DNA from: Cladosporium halotolerans
Lineage: Eukaryota
Length of the DNA stretch: 20,000 bases
Assembly (NCBI RefSeq): GCF_011745625.1
Contig: NW_027191498.1
Span: 114,416 to 134,415, forward strand
Direction: 5' to 3'
The first letter of the stretch is position 1; each line of letters opens with the position of its first letter. A program made the position numbers and the translations under genes. Below, one piece after another: positions 18,045-20,000 of this stretch. The notes under the pieces are model-generated. The model made no database searches. It saw nothing but the letters and a program-made list of their open reading frames with translations, and was not told the origin of the DNA.

Positions 18045-20000
18045 GCAGAGAGGAGCATTCCTTGCCGGAGCCTGTCGAGGGCGGGGCGAGGAGGGCGAGG
18101 GAGGAGAGTCGGAGGGTGGGCGGAAGGGTGGATGGGCGTGGGATTGGGTAGGCAGGCGCGAGGAGGCGGCGGCTGCAGCTGGCAATGCAGGTGAGATCGG
18201 AGATGGCGGCGGCTCTCACGTGTCAGGCCAGGCACGGTCAGGCAAGCACGGGGAGGCGCAGGCCGGCAGACAGACAGGCAGGGCGCAGGGTCGGCTTGAG
18301 GCAGAGACGGTGGTGGTGGTGAGTGAGGTGGTTGCGCGCGAAGTGTTGCAGTGCGGTGGAGAGCGGGTTCTGGCGGAGCGCAGAGCAATGGACGGCGGCG
18401 TGGCACCTGGCAGCTGGTGGTGAGCGAGGCGTGGTGGGTGGAGGCTGCGCCAAGGGCGTGCGTGCTTGCAACGGCGGGGGCGGTGTGTGCACCAGCCCGG
18501 GCGGGGGGAGGCAGTGGGAGGGGCGGCGGCGGCGGCGGGCGCTCAATTCAACGCGCACGGCGGCAGAGCCACGGGCAGACGGCGACGCGGTCGTTCGTGC
18601 GTTGACGGTGCGGCTGAAGCGACTGGACGGCGCAGTGGTGGTCTGCGTGCGTGTGAGCTGGGCGGTTTATTATTGCATGCAGCGAGGGGTTTGCCGTGCT
18701 GAGGCGCAAGTGGGCCAGCGAGGCCACTCAAGAGTCGCATGCGCCGCTCCAAGCTCGGCCGTCCAGCCAGCCCACTGCCCGCCAGCGCGCGCGCCGCCAG
18801 GGCTGGATGCCGGACATTTGCTAGCCGCACATCCTCGACCCATCACTAACTGCCATCCCATCACCGCGCGCCACAGGCTAAGGCGTCGTGGCAGCAGGGC
18901 TAGTACCACCGCGGAAACCGCAGCACTGCCCACCCTCGTCCACGTCGCAGCGCCCTCCCAGCGCGACCCTGCACCGCACACACGGCAGGGTATGCCGCCA
19001 GCCGCGTGGACAAACACTGCGGCCAGCACAGCAGCTGAACAAGCACACGACACCGTGGACGCCTGACGACACCCTCTGTGGCCTGCGGACGTCCGCCGCC
19101 TCCCCGGAGCGTGTCCCCACCCCAAACGAGCGCAGATTACTAGCCACACGGAGCCCCTAGTATGCACACGGACTGTCAAACGGGCCCGGCCTGGCGCGAG
19201 TCAATCCTACACGAGAGATCTCCGTTTGCCCTCCCAGATTGAGCCGAACCAGTGGACCATGCGCCTCGTCCCTGGACGCTCTGCACCTCGAAGCACCTTC
19301 CTGTTCACCGGTGGGCCAATACAGGGATCAATCTATCTCGAAGCATGATAGACCGTAGCTTGCATAGCGCTGAAGCATGATTTATTAGTGCGGGGCAAGA
19401 GATTCAGATTTGGACATCAGCCATCACGGAGGCCTGGGGCGGCATATGGTATACCGAGCATATCGTGCTGTACCATCCTGTTGACTCGAAGTACTCGGCA
19501 GCTCACTTACCAGTGATCTTCAACATGTCAAATGACGATCACGCGCAGGGTCCAACCGTAATCACACGCACTGCCATCCCAAAATCGTCAAAATCCAAAC
19601 CACAATGCTCGCAAATCACAAAGACGTAGTAGTACTACACACGCCCCTGTAATCCAAAGTTCCCACTTCTGGACATCGTGCCTGAGGTCCTCCACCCCCA
19701 ACACCCCATCGCTTGATACCTTCTCAAGCACCATCCAAGCCTCAGGCTCACCACGACAGCTCACCACTCCGCGACGTTTCACCCACCAGCACCCACCGTC
19801 CCGCCCGGCCCTCAGCTGAGCCAACGCTGCGGCCCTTCATCACTCTCGCTCGTCCGCAACAACGCGGCGACCGTCATATGCACGTACGGTACAAACCTCT
19901 CGTAAGCCGGCCGATCACCAGCTGCGCAAACGAACAGCCTGCCCCGCGTACCTTAAGGTACCTAGTTCCGGCAATCAGAGAAACAACACAGTAGCACCCC

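Noticed and set aside
17659..19179. Many overlapping 60-250-aa ORFs
   Set aside because: High-GC, low-complexity sequence antisense to or upstream of the Hsp70-like gene; translations are R/P/A/G-rich without domains.

Overview
Intron-containing DNA from a filamentous ascomycete (GT-AG introns mostly 50-60 nt with CTRAY-type branch points; Dothideomycete affinity is only a guess). Seven protein-coding genes can be reconstructed by hand: an S1/P1 nuclease (runs off the left edge), a GFA/Mss4-like Zn protein, a 472-aa secreted Kex2-processed repeat precursor (KEP), a kelch-repeat protein, SAGA subunit Spt20, a PhoD alkaline phosphatase and an Hsp70/HSPA12-like protein. Four observations stand out. 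(1) The KEP precursor would release up to 18 acidic, Gly/Val/Leu-rich amphipathic peptides in three repeat families. (2) A cryptic last exon of phoD, missed by the ORF track, encodes a transmembrane anchor plus a YxxL tail, implying secreted versus membrane-anchored isoforms. (3) The Spt20 frame stays open for 146 codons after its TAG. (4) A 222-bp MITE-like inverted-repeat element lies far upstream of the KEP gene. All calls come from manual reading, not database searches.
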